Shown here: one piece after another, positions 14,250 through 50,115 of the stretch
Layout of the letters: each line of letters opens with the position of its first letter
How positions within the stretch are numbered: the stretch's first letter is position 1
Assembly (NCBI RefSeq): GCF_040938485.1
Contig: NW_027271602.1
Coordinates: 1 to 64,000 of the forward strand
Reading direction: 5' to 3'
Origin: Diadema antillarum
Taxonomy: Eukaryota
Length of the DNA: 64,000 bases
Program-made: the position numbers and the translations under genes
The notes under the pieces: model-generated
Database searches by the model: none
The model's input: only the letters and a program-made list of their open reading frames with translations
Told to the model about the DNA's origin: nothing

Positions 14250-14735
14250 GTATGTTTTCCAAGTAAAGTAATATTCGTAGGATATTACTAAGCAAAAAGA
14301 AAATTGTGGCTGCCGGGGTAAGTGAAAAGGAAGAGAAGAAAACATTACCAATAAAAATGTATACATATATTATAAAATTACAAAAATAGTTATGTATTGG
14401 TCATTCTCAACATAACAAAAATATTGCACTGCTGTAAATCTTCCGAGTATTCTCTATCAAAGAGTCTCACAATGTTACAGGCGGTACAGAAAGAGAGGAG
14501 GGGAGAGGGGTGGGAAAGCAAGAAAGAGAGATGGGGAGAGAAATAAAGAGAAAGAGGAAGAGACAGAGTTGTGTGTTTTCCAAGTAAACTGATATTCGTA
14601 GAATATTGCTATTAAAAAATTGTGGCTGCCAGGGGAAGTAAAAAAGAGGAAAAAAAACATTTTCAGTTAAAAATGTATACATTTATTGTAATATTACAAA
14701 AATAGTTATATATTATATATCAATCATTCTCAACA
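14250..14735 (+). repeat. Diverged direct duplication of about 160 bp (14250-14412 and 14571-14735)
   Basis: Shared GTTTTCCAAGTAAA, TTGTGGCTGCC, AAAAATGTATACAT, ATTACAAAAATAGTTAT and TCATTCTCAACAT blocks. Confidence 0.7.
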
Positions 14736-15115
14736 TCTTATCCAGCGATGACAGCACAGGGATTTAACCAAAACTTTAAGAGTTTATAACTTTTGAACAA
14801 GTTGTTTGATTTTCCTCCACTACTGCATATTACCAATATTTCATCATTCACTGAATCCATGTTTTGAGGTGAATTCTAAGGGACCATTTTAGTCCATTAA
14901 AAAACAAAAATGACCATTTACACAAAGTACACATGTGCAGCGACAGTTCCTTCAAACTCCACGTCAATATGTCATGAATGAATTAATCTTTGTTAACAGG
15001 GTATAACAAAACAACAAAACAAAGGTGTATCTCCCACTTGCTGGAATGGACATTCCACCAGGGGAGTCCCATACCCTTCGTAGTCTCTTAAAAGGCAAAT
15101 GCCCACACTGGCTGC

Positions 15116-15200
15116 ATATCGTCGGGTGCCCGTGCATTGGCCGCTAACGCAATACAAATTGTATTGCGTTAGCGGCCAATGCACGGGCACCCGACGATAT
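15116..15200. repeat. Perfect 85 bp palindrome (42 bp arms, 1 nt loop)
   Basis: ATATCGTCGGGTGCCCGTGCATTGGCCGCTAACGCAATACAA-A-TTGTATTGCGTTAGCGGCCAATGCACGGGCACCCGACGATAT. Confidence 0.95.
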
Positions 15201-16950
15201 CAACTTTCCCATGTTTGAAACACGCTTCAATACCCACTATCAAAATGCGTTTGCCAAGCGACTTTTAGATTCCGCTTCTCGAGTTGTTGCATTTATCAAC
15301 TCTGTTGCGCGTCGATTGGGAGACCTTGTCACTGCACAGCTTCATTGCACAGTTTGACCCGAGGAGCAGAGATGTCTAGTTGGCAGTGGTTGGCGTGGGC
15401 AGGTCTAAGCTATAACTTTAAGCACGTTTCAAAACAACTTTGCATTTATCAACTGTACAGAAATGCATTTCTGGCTCGAACGTGTTTGCAATTTCACATT
15501 TTCAGTGTTTAAAAAAACGCAGTTCTGTTCCCGTAGTCAGAACAGCTCTGCGTGTATATCAACTGGCCCAAAACTCCCTGAAAATGTTTGGAAACCTCAA
15601 TTCTGTGCCAGAAGTGAGTTGATGAACACTCCCATGTTTATCCTGCCTATAGTGAGTTTTGTTTGCCTCTAGGCAAGGATCTTATGGTTTTCTGGTGTAA
15701 ACTCTACATGAGTTTTCTTATTCTGTAGCTTCTAGTACAAAGTTCTAGGGGTATTTGATGTCACTGTCTTACCTTGCTTCAAGTTATATGCACTTATTTT
15801 TTCTTATTTATTTCTGCTAGTTCATTCATTTTCTAGGTACATATGGTTAGTCGAACAAAAATGTTTTAATTGTTCTTCCAACTAAGGTCATGGAAGAAAA
15901 GATTGCTTCCAGGGATGCCAAATATGTCACGGGCTTGTCAGGCTTAGAAATTATGCTACCTAATTATGTGATGTCAGGTCGCGAGAAGACTCTATGAAAA
16001 TCAGAAATTTATGGCTTTCTCCCTTTGCAGTTGATTAAGAGATGTCCTTCAGTTTGAATTTCCTTTTAAGATGTATTGTTTTTAGAGTTTACTTTTTATT
16101 TGCGGTAAGATTGTCTACTCGAGGACCTCCCCCTAATTTAGAATAATTAAAACAATGTTTTATGTGACTATCTCGACAAACACATATATAAATCATGACA
16201 GTGTCAGAAGAGCAAATTGGAAGTATAAGATTGATGACATCTGAAATATGAGTGTTCTCTAGCTGTGTTTTGAACGTTTTTCTTCAACTGTGTTTGCGAC
16301 GTGTTCTCCGAAAATGTGTATGAGTTTGTTCTGTTATTCACCCCCACGTGAATACTAGAAGATTCAATTGTGGTTATCCTCATCACGGCAAGTAATTAAC
16401 TTTCCTGTTATCACTTCATATGAGATGGCTTGTTTTCAAATGCTCCCAAATTTGACTGTTTCAAAAATATTTGTCTGCACCTATAACTGGATCAAGGACT
16501 GCCACTTGGTTCAAGGATTTTATTTTCTTTCCAGAAGGATCATGCCATCAGCTCTTGACTCAAGTCTTCTTTTTTTTCTTCTTTTTTTTAGGTGTCATCT
16601 ATTAATGGCAATATTTTTTTTCTCCAGCATTATAGAGGGTCCAGGTTTAATGAGATTCTTTTCACTCACCCCACCCAACAAAATGGGTGTGACACTTTTG
16701 GATGTAGTGAGGATGCATTTCAAAATTGCACCACAATTGATAAAGCTTGAGTCTGTAATTCCACTCGTAATCCTGTGGTACTGAGTTTGAATTACCATGA
16801 CATGAAATATGAACAAAATGATGCAAGGATTTCTGTGTGTAGCTGACAGTTCGCTCAGTGGCTTTTCTTCAAACACACTTGTGTGCTTGCACTTTTAATT
16901 TCAAATTGTTAACAACAAATGTTCCAATCGGTCCTTGCTGTTGTAAGTAA

Positions 16951-17119
16951 TACTGTAAAACGAAGAATGGTCACATGCAATTTAATTTCGCGAATTTCGC
17001 GAGAGCCAAGTTCCACGGAATTCAAATGCACACTAAAGATCTTGTCTACACTATATGCGTTGAATGTCAGAGGAGCCTCGCGAAAATTTCATGCCGCGAA
17101 AATATCATGTTTTACAGTA
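16951..17119. mobile_element. TA-flanked MITE, TACTGTAAAAC family A
   Basis: TACTGTAAAAC...GTTTTACAGTA; CGCGAAAAT subterminal motifs; related copy at 49605-49775. Confidence 0.75.
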
Positions 17120-17881
17120 ACCATGATTAAATTGCCAGAGCTGAGAACATGGCAACTGTTGTGATCATGAAAGTGGAGGTTGTGTAGCTCTAATCAAGAA
17201 GCAAGCATAAGAGATAACACCATCAAAGGATGCAGACCCAAAGAACTTTGTTCCTCTCCCCTCCTCCATTCCACACAGAACCTGAGCCAGTGTGACTTTA
17301 CCTCCCTCTGCTCCTGAATTGAACATCATAATTTCAAAATCAATATTCTGAGTTCAGATGCCGATATGTGATGACTTTACCCCGATCTGCCAAAATAATG
17401 CATGCATTTATATACAACACATAGAATTTCAGAGGATGTACAAACTTCATGTGCAAATAAAATGAAATGAAATATTAATTCTTAGGAGCTAAAGTGGATT
17501 CAAGATACACATGATTTCTTGTTATTTTGCATTATAATGGTTTAAAGATGTGAGCGCAGATGTTTTGCTTTGGCGAACTCACATTACCTTGTTATTCGTC
17601 TAGGATGACCGGAAATCAATATATTGCTTCTGTTTATATCAGTAAGCCAAATCAAGTGAGAAAACAACACTTCCATGATATTGTGATGGCGATGTGCATA
17701 CATGCAAAAGTGTGTGGAGATATGCACATGCAAGGAAATTTTCTTAATGCTCAAAATTGTATGAAGTGTACTCATAATTGATGAAAAGGTCATTTTCAGC
17801 ATTTAAAATGTTGATGAGCATGTGTGCATGCATCCTACAGTGCGTGTGTACAATGATGGGACAGTATGTAGACCTATGGCC

Positions 17882-18273
17882 TTAAAGGGACTGTACAGTA
17901 CTGGTTGAGGTAGGGATTAATGCTTTGAACATTCCTATGTGAGATAATGAAAAGCCTCTTATGAAATATGAAAGAGCATGTAATTTTAAGATAGATTCAA
18001 CGTTTATTTGATGAAAATTGGTTTTCAAATGGCTGAGATATCCCAAAAAGTGCTAATGATGAAAGGCGACATGCCACAACTTTATTAGGATCTCTTTGTT
18101 TCACCTTGTTTTTGGATATCTCAGCCATTTCAAAACTGATTTTCATTGAATAAACTTTTGATACCCCTTAGAACTGCATGCTCTTTGATATCTCATAGAG
18201 TGGTTTTCTGAATATCTCGCAAAATGTTAAAAGCTAAATCTACACCTCGACCAGAACTGTACACACCCTTCAA
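17882..18273. mobile_element. Kolobok-like non-autonomous DNA transposon, copy 1
   Basis: TTAA|AGGG...CCCT|TCAA (degenerate TTAA TSD); internal inverted symmetry; close copy at 22353-22743. Confidence 0.7.
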
Positions 18274-18923
18274 GTTTATTTACACTGAATTCAAGGGAGT
18301 TATGACAATTGTATAATGAAGATATGATTGATAATGTGATTTCTAGAGGACATGGTTTTAGTGATCACGATGACAAGTTGAGGATTTGTTTTCCTGACCA
18401 AGGTCAAGCAAGCCTGAACATTTTATGATGATGAGATATTTCAATATAAAGATAATATACTCACAAAATTCATACAGAAATAAATAGATACAGAAAATTC
18501 TGATGAAAACAAGAGCTGTGCTGCTGACATTGCAGATCATGTAAATAATGAATGTTTCAATTAAACTCTTTAATAAAATGGTTTTGTTGACTACCAGCTG
18601 TCTTTATTTTTAGTTGGATGATTTCAGTAGTATTTGTGGAAGTAAAAGTAATTTACACGTATCAGACATGACTCGTGCAACCTGTGTAAATTCTTATAGA
18701 AGTTTACAGATCAGATCAAAATTAAATGATATATCATGGAACACAAAAGAAGATGGCAGTGACACACCATTTACAGATTTCTCATTCCTATTCTCTTGTG
18801 CACAAAGATGTGGGCAGTCTTGGTCATGTTAAGAATCATGAGCTTTTAGAGGATTTTTTTTTTGACACCGTGGAAGACGGTGATGCATAACATTACTTCT
18901 GCATGTGAGTGTCTTTAGTCTCA

Positions 18924-19120
18924 TACTGTAAAAGTGGAAATTTTCGCGGTGTTGAAATTTTCGCGCATTTCGCGCAACCAGAAACTAGCGCAAAAATAAA
19001 AGCATGCAGATATTTTTGCTTGCCATATTTTCCTGTGCGTGATGTCTTGATTCCGCGGAATTAAAAACACGCGAAACTATTCTGTCCCGGCCAAGCGCGA
19101 AAATATGCACTTTTACAGTA
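18924..19120. mobile_element. TA-flanked MITE, TACTGTAAAAGTG family B
   Basis: TACTGTAAAAGTG...CACTTTTACAGTA; inverted copy at 63337-63554. Confidence 0.8.
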
Positions 19121-19295
19121 GTCCAATGATGCACCCATGAATTTATTTGACTGTTTTTACTGACACATCTCTACTATGACAGATGACCTCTCGTTCAACT
19201 GATATGATGACAGTGGGGTCAAATGAGGCACAGTTGTATCACAAATTATGCACTCTCTTCCCCTGTTTTTGTCCCCCTTTTCATCTTGTCTGCAG

Positions 19296-43609
<24,314 letters not shown>

Positions 43610-46600
43610 GATTGGTCACTACCGCTGCTACCCAACACGCAGTCATGCATCACCATGGCATATAGTTGTCCCAAATCTCTGCTCCTCCTTCATCTATTTA
43701 AAACTTGCTGCTGCCTCTCCGCCTTCGAGGGGAACAAGCTGTAGCAGTGTCCTCAAAACTCCACTGTTGATTGATTGTAGTCAGCAGGTTTCGATGAAGC
43801 CATCTGCGACGCGCATGCACTGTGTTTGCTGCTGGATTAAAGCTGACAGAAAGTTTGTGAAAATGCTCACATGTTTTGAATCCTGCTCAAGAAATCGTTT
43901 GCAGACGGGAATCCAGATACCTACTGAGCATTCTTTTTTTTTTCCCCAACCTGAAATTTTTGCCTTTCCACATGACTCTGCTGTTGATGGCATGCAAGTT
44001 TAGCAGACATACGGCGACACTGTCACTCACCCACTCATGGAGTCGTGTCTGCCAATGCCAAATGAAACTCAAAGAAGAGCAGGGGAACGCCCCTGCCCTG
44101 AGACGTTGCCGTGGGGAACGAGAAATCCAGACTGTGGGGATCCCAGCAGTTTAACAGCATCTCCCTCCTATTTATTGGCCACACCCACCTCGCTCTCGGA
44201 TGGTCCCGGCGTCGGGAGCTTTCTCCCCATCCTCACTTTTGACCCAGCACAGATTACGAGCATTCATTGCCTCCAAGCAAAAAAAAAAAGAAAAAAAAAA
44301 GAAAAAAAATTGTTCGTGCATCATCTTGTCTCGTCATTGCCACATTGACTCTTGTCTGGGAGAACGCAGAACGTGATTTTGATCATTCAGAGAAAGAGGG
44401 AAAAAAATCCAAGATGAAGAGGAAAAACACACAGGAAGCTGGGACTGGACGAGCAACAAAGTTGCAGGAAATAGAAAATGTGTTTGCGCCTTTTTGACTG
44501 CCAAAATAAAACAACAACAAAAAACAAGTACCAAACATCGTTTGACAGTATGTATGTGGAAAGCACAAGTAATGGTCGACGTTATTAACCAGGTATAACT
44601 GGAGAGTAACTGGCATAGGGGAGCTAAGAAACTCACAAGTTCACATGTTGACATTTGGCTTCAAGGAAGAGTGTTGACTTTCAGTGACCCGTGAATTTCA
44701 ACGAATCTGTTTCTTGGTTTTTAGTCATTTGTACAAAGGAATATTGATTAAGAAAAATGTAGCCTGGAATAAACTAATACATACATGTATGTACATGAAG
44801 ATGTTACTAAGTTAACATTTAAAAACAGATGGAAAAGTAACTGCAAACAAAGAAATATATAAATGAGATCAATTATATTAAAAGATGTAATAGGTGTATT
44901 CGTTTTGTGATATGTACAGTATATGTGAAAAAAAAAAAAAAATTATGGGTTTTGAACTTGCACAAGGATATTGGTCAATTGCACTGTAGTGAGAATTGAA
45001 AGCTGCTGAAACTTTGTGGACCAACATCCCAACCACCAACAAATTTACCTGTAAGGCTTGTTTGTGATAATTTATTGAAACTTGAGTCTCTTATTTTTTC
45101 TTTAAACACTTCTTACTTTCTTGTTTCCCGCTTTCTCTCTTCCCAAGTTCACTCTCTTTGTGTTCCCTAGTTGTATCCATCAGTTCCTATTAGTCTGGTG
45201 TGAGGGTGTGAAGTGAGGAAGGAAAAATTAAAAGATAAAGTCACTGCAAAAACTTCTTCAATAGATATTTCGATATTTCATCTTTTCAATGTTGACACAG
45301 AATGTCACAAAAAACCTGTATAGAATGACCAGTTCTACTGTGGTCAAGCAACATTTAGGACACTTCCGCAATTCTGAAAACTAGACCACACCTAACTACA
45401 TGATCACACCAGAGTCTAAAAGCTTGATCAGTAAGATTGCTATTCATTGCAGCTAGTTGTAAGTGAAATGGCTCACCCATCCACACACAAAATTCATGGA
45501 CGGGCATAGTACCATGTTTTTTGTTTTCATTGCGCATCAATACATCTTTGTACAGGAACACTGACTTTTATACTTATGTTGTGCCTGCATAAGAATGAAA
45601 TCTGGAGCAATGTATTTACATAGGGTGAAAATGTGACGCAAGTTATATTTATTTAATCTCTATCGAGCAAATGGATCCCTTTGCAAGTGTTGCACGATCT
45701 GATCATGGTTGTGGAGTACAATGGTATGACATGCATTAATGGTCAAAGTTTACAAGACCTATCATCCTGTTTGTTGGTTTGTTTGGGTTTTTTTTTTTTC
45801 AGAGAATCCCTTATGTCTGTGGCCCGTAACTTCACAAGGAGGAAAATTAATTTTTGATAAGCTAATTATAAAATGAGAGGAACCCAACCTCTCTAGAATG
45901 ACAGGATGCTTTGCTGGCTAGTTTAGTGAATGTGAGGGTGATTTGGCTCTTCACCTGAATGATGGATGCATTGCCAACAAGTGTCTGTTCAATTGTGTCA
46001 TTCTGAAATTGCACTGAGTAGTGCTGGGATATTTGGGTGGCATGGAGCAGTTTTGTATGTCACAAAATCTCATCCTATGAATACATTGATGATAATGTGG
46101 AAGCGGTCAGGCATGTTGCTTCGAAGCTGTGCATCATATATCTCAGCTGGTGTATCCAGTGCAGAAGGGTTTGAATGGCTTTGAGCATAGTGTTTGAACA
46201 GGAAGACCATGTGCTCTATACAAGGGTTTGTGATGAGCACGGTATCCTATGGATCTTAACTAATCTGCATGCATTTGTTTGGACATATGCATGAACCACT
46301 CTTCTCTGTTCTTTTTACAGTCTCTGCGGGAAGGACAAAAAAAACAAAGCATATTTGAGATCATGTTATCAGTTGCACTTGTTGGCTTTTTGTCCTTTCT
46401 TTATGTTCAAAGGGGCATTCAACCTTTCTTTATGTTTAAACGTGCAGTCGACCTGCTATAATCTAGACAGAGAATGAAATGTTTGTATCATTACTAATAG
46501 CAACAGTTAATATTGATCATTGGATTATCCTGGTTTCTTTCACATTTTACAGCATTTTTGACGGCTAAGACATCTATTGATGACACTTTATTATGCAGAG

Positions 46601-49020
46601 TTAATCATCATCTTACACAAAATTGTTGGTTAATGCAGCTTTATGATTTATAAATTTCATGGCCAACCATCAATCCAGTCCCTCATTTTGTCCTTGTATG
46701 GCTCCTACACTCATTGGTGTTCTGAAATCTTCCAGAAAGAGAAACAGATGTGTGATTTCAGATGTCAGCTGATGAAGACAAAAACTTCAAGGGCGGGACT
46801 TCAAGTGATTTACAGTGCTGCAGGTGAACCCCATGATATTGAGGAACTTGGGGCAGCTGAATTTTCCTTGTCTTGACAAACACCCATATCTTGCAACATA
46901 ATTGTACACATGAAGAATTAGAGACTGCTACAAGTCCAACCCACTTCACAAATGAGAAATATCATCTTGTTAACATACTTTGGTGTCAAATCAATGGAAT
47001 GCCAAATTTTATACCAATTTTGTAGATATGTGTATTTCATAACTAGTAATTTCAATTCTCTGACTTTATATGGTTGATAAGATTGTATCTTATTCGCTTT
47101 ATGAAGGACAGGCAATACACCATATCAAGTGAAAACTGATTTTTTTTTTTTCCTTCCCGTTATATGTGAGTCACCTATTCGACAATCCTAACTGAAGAGT
47201 TCGTCGTCCTAAAATCTTGTGTGATGATGACTGGGAGGTAGCTATACCTCAACCTACTGAGTGAAATTTGCCCTCTCGAACAGTACACAGCTAGTGTCTA
47301 TAACTCATAACCTCTTGTGTGAGTGGTGAGCATGCAACATGCACCAAACATATGCAAAGTGCACAAGATGCCCAGCTGTTTAAAGATGCATGTTACACAA
47401 TTTGTGGCTGCAAAATCTGTTTGCAAAAAGTGAATTTTGCTGTATCAGTATTCAATATCATGGGATTCACGTGTAGGTATATGACCATTTCGTAGCATTG
47501 ATTAAATTCACTGAATACCTTTTGGAATGGCTTAGATTAGAAGCACCTTAGAATGGGGAGCAGAATCCCCCTCCCTTTCTCCAAAACACAAATCAAAAGA
47601 AATGAGAGAGAATTTAAAGTGAGGGAGAAAATACTGCATGAGGAATATGTTACACTGACATGCTTGGTTGAAGCAAGTTCCCCACTGTCGAACTCGTTTC
47701 ATACCTGCCAATTGTTCCCATGTCATAGGAACATTCCTGTTAGTATAGAAGAAGCTTCACTTAAACCTTACGTTCCTATTTTTGTCAATACCTGCTAATA
47801 GTAATGTATGGAAGATTGGTGAAATTTTCTATTTGTTCATTATTTTCTCCCTGTTATTCTTATACATACTAAATTTTAGGGTTGGCAGGTTTGTTTTTTT
47901 ATCTTGGCCTCATCACGACTACTTTTGGTATGCTAAGTCTCAATCTTGCAGACTCTGTGCTGGGAATTTTGACGGATTAACAATGCCGTGCTTATGTTCT
48001 TTCTGAATTCTGCGCACCTCTGACGTGAATGTGAGAAAATTTCTGCCCTTGAGAACGACTTGTTGATCAACTGAAGAAGTATGACCAGTGTAATCTGTCC
48101 TTGAATTTAAACTCCAGTAATGCTTCCCTTGATGCCATCGAGTGTGTGCACCCTCTGTGCAACATGTACTTACAGATGTCACTCTGAGCCACGTGTGTGG
48201 TATCTTTGCATAGCATACATGGCACGTGGGAATGTTTCATGTTTAGTTCTGCTGGGGGGAAAAAAATCTTATGTGGCCTGGAAATGTTTGCCAAAGTGAC
48301 ATTTCCACACAAGGTCCCAATTGAAAATGTTGATGATGATGTGTTTTTTTTTTCCTCTCTCTCTTCTTCTTTCTAACATCTCATATGTCATGTCAATACA
48401 GCACTCCTCCATGTGATGATAAAATCATTCAAGATGATTACCCATCGCATTGTTGATGTTGGTTTTACAAGTTACAAGCAACTGCTGAAAGTGTATTTGT
48501 ATATCAATCGCCAAATCACCAAATCAGACATTGAAATAGCTGAGTTGGACTAAAATATTGTACAGTTGAACTATTTTGGGATCTGTCTGTCTGTTCTCTT
48601 TTTCCCCCTGATATATGAAACTGAGTTAAACCGTTTTTACTTCCTCTTATTTTTTCCCTGTCCTGTATGTAACATTTGTCATAACCAAGACACAACTCTG
48701 GGGATCTGAAAAGCTCCCTCATGTGACAGAATTTTGACAGCTTTTGTTTTTGTAATATTCGATTTGTGTTGTTTATTTGTAACATAAAGACAGAGCAAAA
48801 ATGTTTTTTCAGGTTATTCTGCAGAAGAAGAAGAAAAAAAAAAGGCATGCATAGCTACGAAAAAAAAAAGCACTGTACAGGTATGAGAGAGATGTATAAA
48901 TATAAATAAAAAGAGAAGGAAAAAGTTATGTAATATTGTGCTCCTGTGGCTCCTGGTATATCTCGGATGTGTATATTGTGCATCTTATAATGTTCAATAA
49001 AAATTGAATGAACCGAATCG
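43610..49020 (+). other. Putative long Akt 3' UTR with alternative polyadenylation signals
   Basis: AATAAA at 44505, 44768, 48905 and 48996; the last is followed by a GT/T-rich tract. No recognisable transposon was seen in this span, unlike the flanks. The end point is inferred. Confidence 0.45.
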
Positions 49021-49604
49021 ACCCAGAGTATGCAGTGTTTTATTGTATGCATCTCTGTCCACTTGTTGGTGTCAATGAATCATGCTTTGATGATATTGCA
49101 GATTTTTAATTAACACTTCTAGACAAGGAAGTCTGGCATTTAATGCAAACAAAAAGGGGGGGGGGATTGGCTATGCTGGGGCTACTGATATATTAACTCA
49201 TTATTTCCAGCAACAGACTTTCTTGCGTATTGCAATTAAAGAAGTTGTAGAGGAATTATAATGATAATCTGCATAGTTCTTGTGTTGACTTATCTTGGAT
49301 AGAATTTTTTAAAAAGCCATGATAGTAGTCTCGCTGTTTGGTAAAATTTAATTGTGTGATAACCGACAAAAAATTCCCACAATAGATGTATTTATAAACA
49401 ATATGAGCAACGTACAGTATATTAAGTATATAAAAATGTATATAGGGCCTATGCATGTATGTATGTTTATACTGTGTATACACATACGTTGTACATACAT
49501 TCCTACATAAGTTTATCATAATCATATTACACAAATAGCAAGCATCCGGAAAGCTAAGCTTATCCGAGCCCTTCCTGCCCCGTGTAAGCAAATCGGATCT
49601 CGTT

Positions 49605-49775
49605 TATTGTAAAACAAAAACATTTTGCGTACATTAATTTTTCGTGAATTTCGAGAGCTAAGATACACGAAATTAAAATGCATGCAATATTTCTTGTATA
49701 CAATATGCACTGAATGCCAGTGATCATGACAATTCGTGAAAGTTTCATGCTGCGAATATTTCTGGTTTTACAGGA
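49605..49775. mobile_element. TA-flanked MITE family A, degenerate copy
   Basis: TATTGTAAAAC...GTTTTACAGGA; collinear with 16951-17119. Confidence 0.6.
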
Positions 49776-49924
49776 TGCCAACGTCTACAAAAATCCCGTG
49801 GGATCTTACCGGGGAGGTGTTATAGACAGAGTAAAAACTTTTGCTCTCCTTCGATCCGATGTCATGCTTTACACCGCCGAGAAGTTACGCACATAAATCC
49901 CGGTGGTATGTTAAGTGGTAGTTG

Positions 49925-50115
49925 TACAGTGCACTGCCGTTATAAAGAACACGGTTATAACGAAATTCCGGTTACAAAGAAGTAAAAATTCAAGCCGCAG
50001 CATTGTCCACTCTGTGTGATTTGAATGTTTGTTCGGTTATAACGAAATTTCGATGTAACGAAAGAAAACTGCCGGTCCCGTCGCGAGGACTTCGTTATAA
50101 CGGGAGTCCACTGTA
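49925..50115. mobile_element. Tc1/mariner (pogo/Tigger-like) MITE
   Basis: TA|CAGTG...CACTG|TA with repeated GTTATAACG motifs. Confidence 0.8.

Noticed and set aside
19223-19295. ORF-track N-terminus [24 protein letters not shown] fused to the PH exon
   Set aside because: It runs through the polypyrimidine tract and acceptor, and lacks the GWLxKR strand needed for the PH fold
44037-44348. 103 aa ORF after the Akt stop, considered as an alternative last exon
   Set aside because: No phase-compatible acceptor giving a hydrophobic motif; it ends in poly-A-derived lysines; treated as UTR
47241-47258. let-7-like complementarity (TACCTCA and CTATAC..AACCTACT) in the putative UTR
   Set aside because: Seed and 3' matches are not collinear; a single 7-mer is expected by chance in 5 kb
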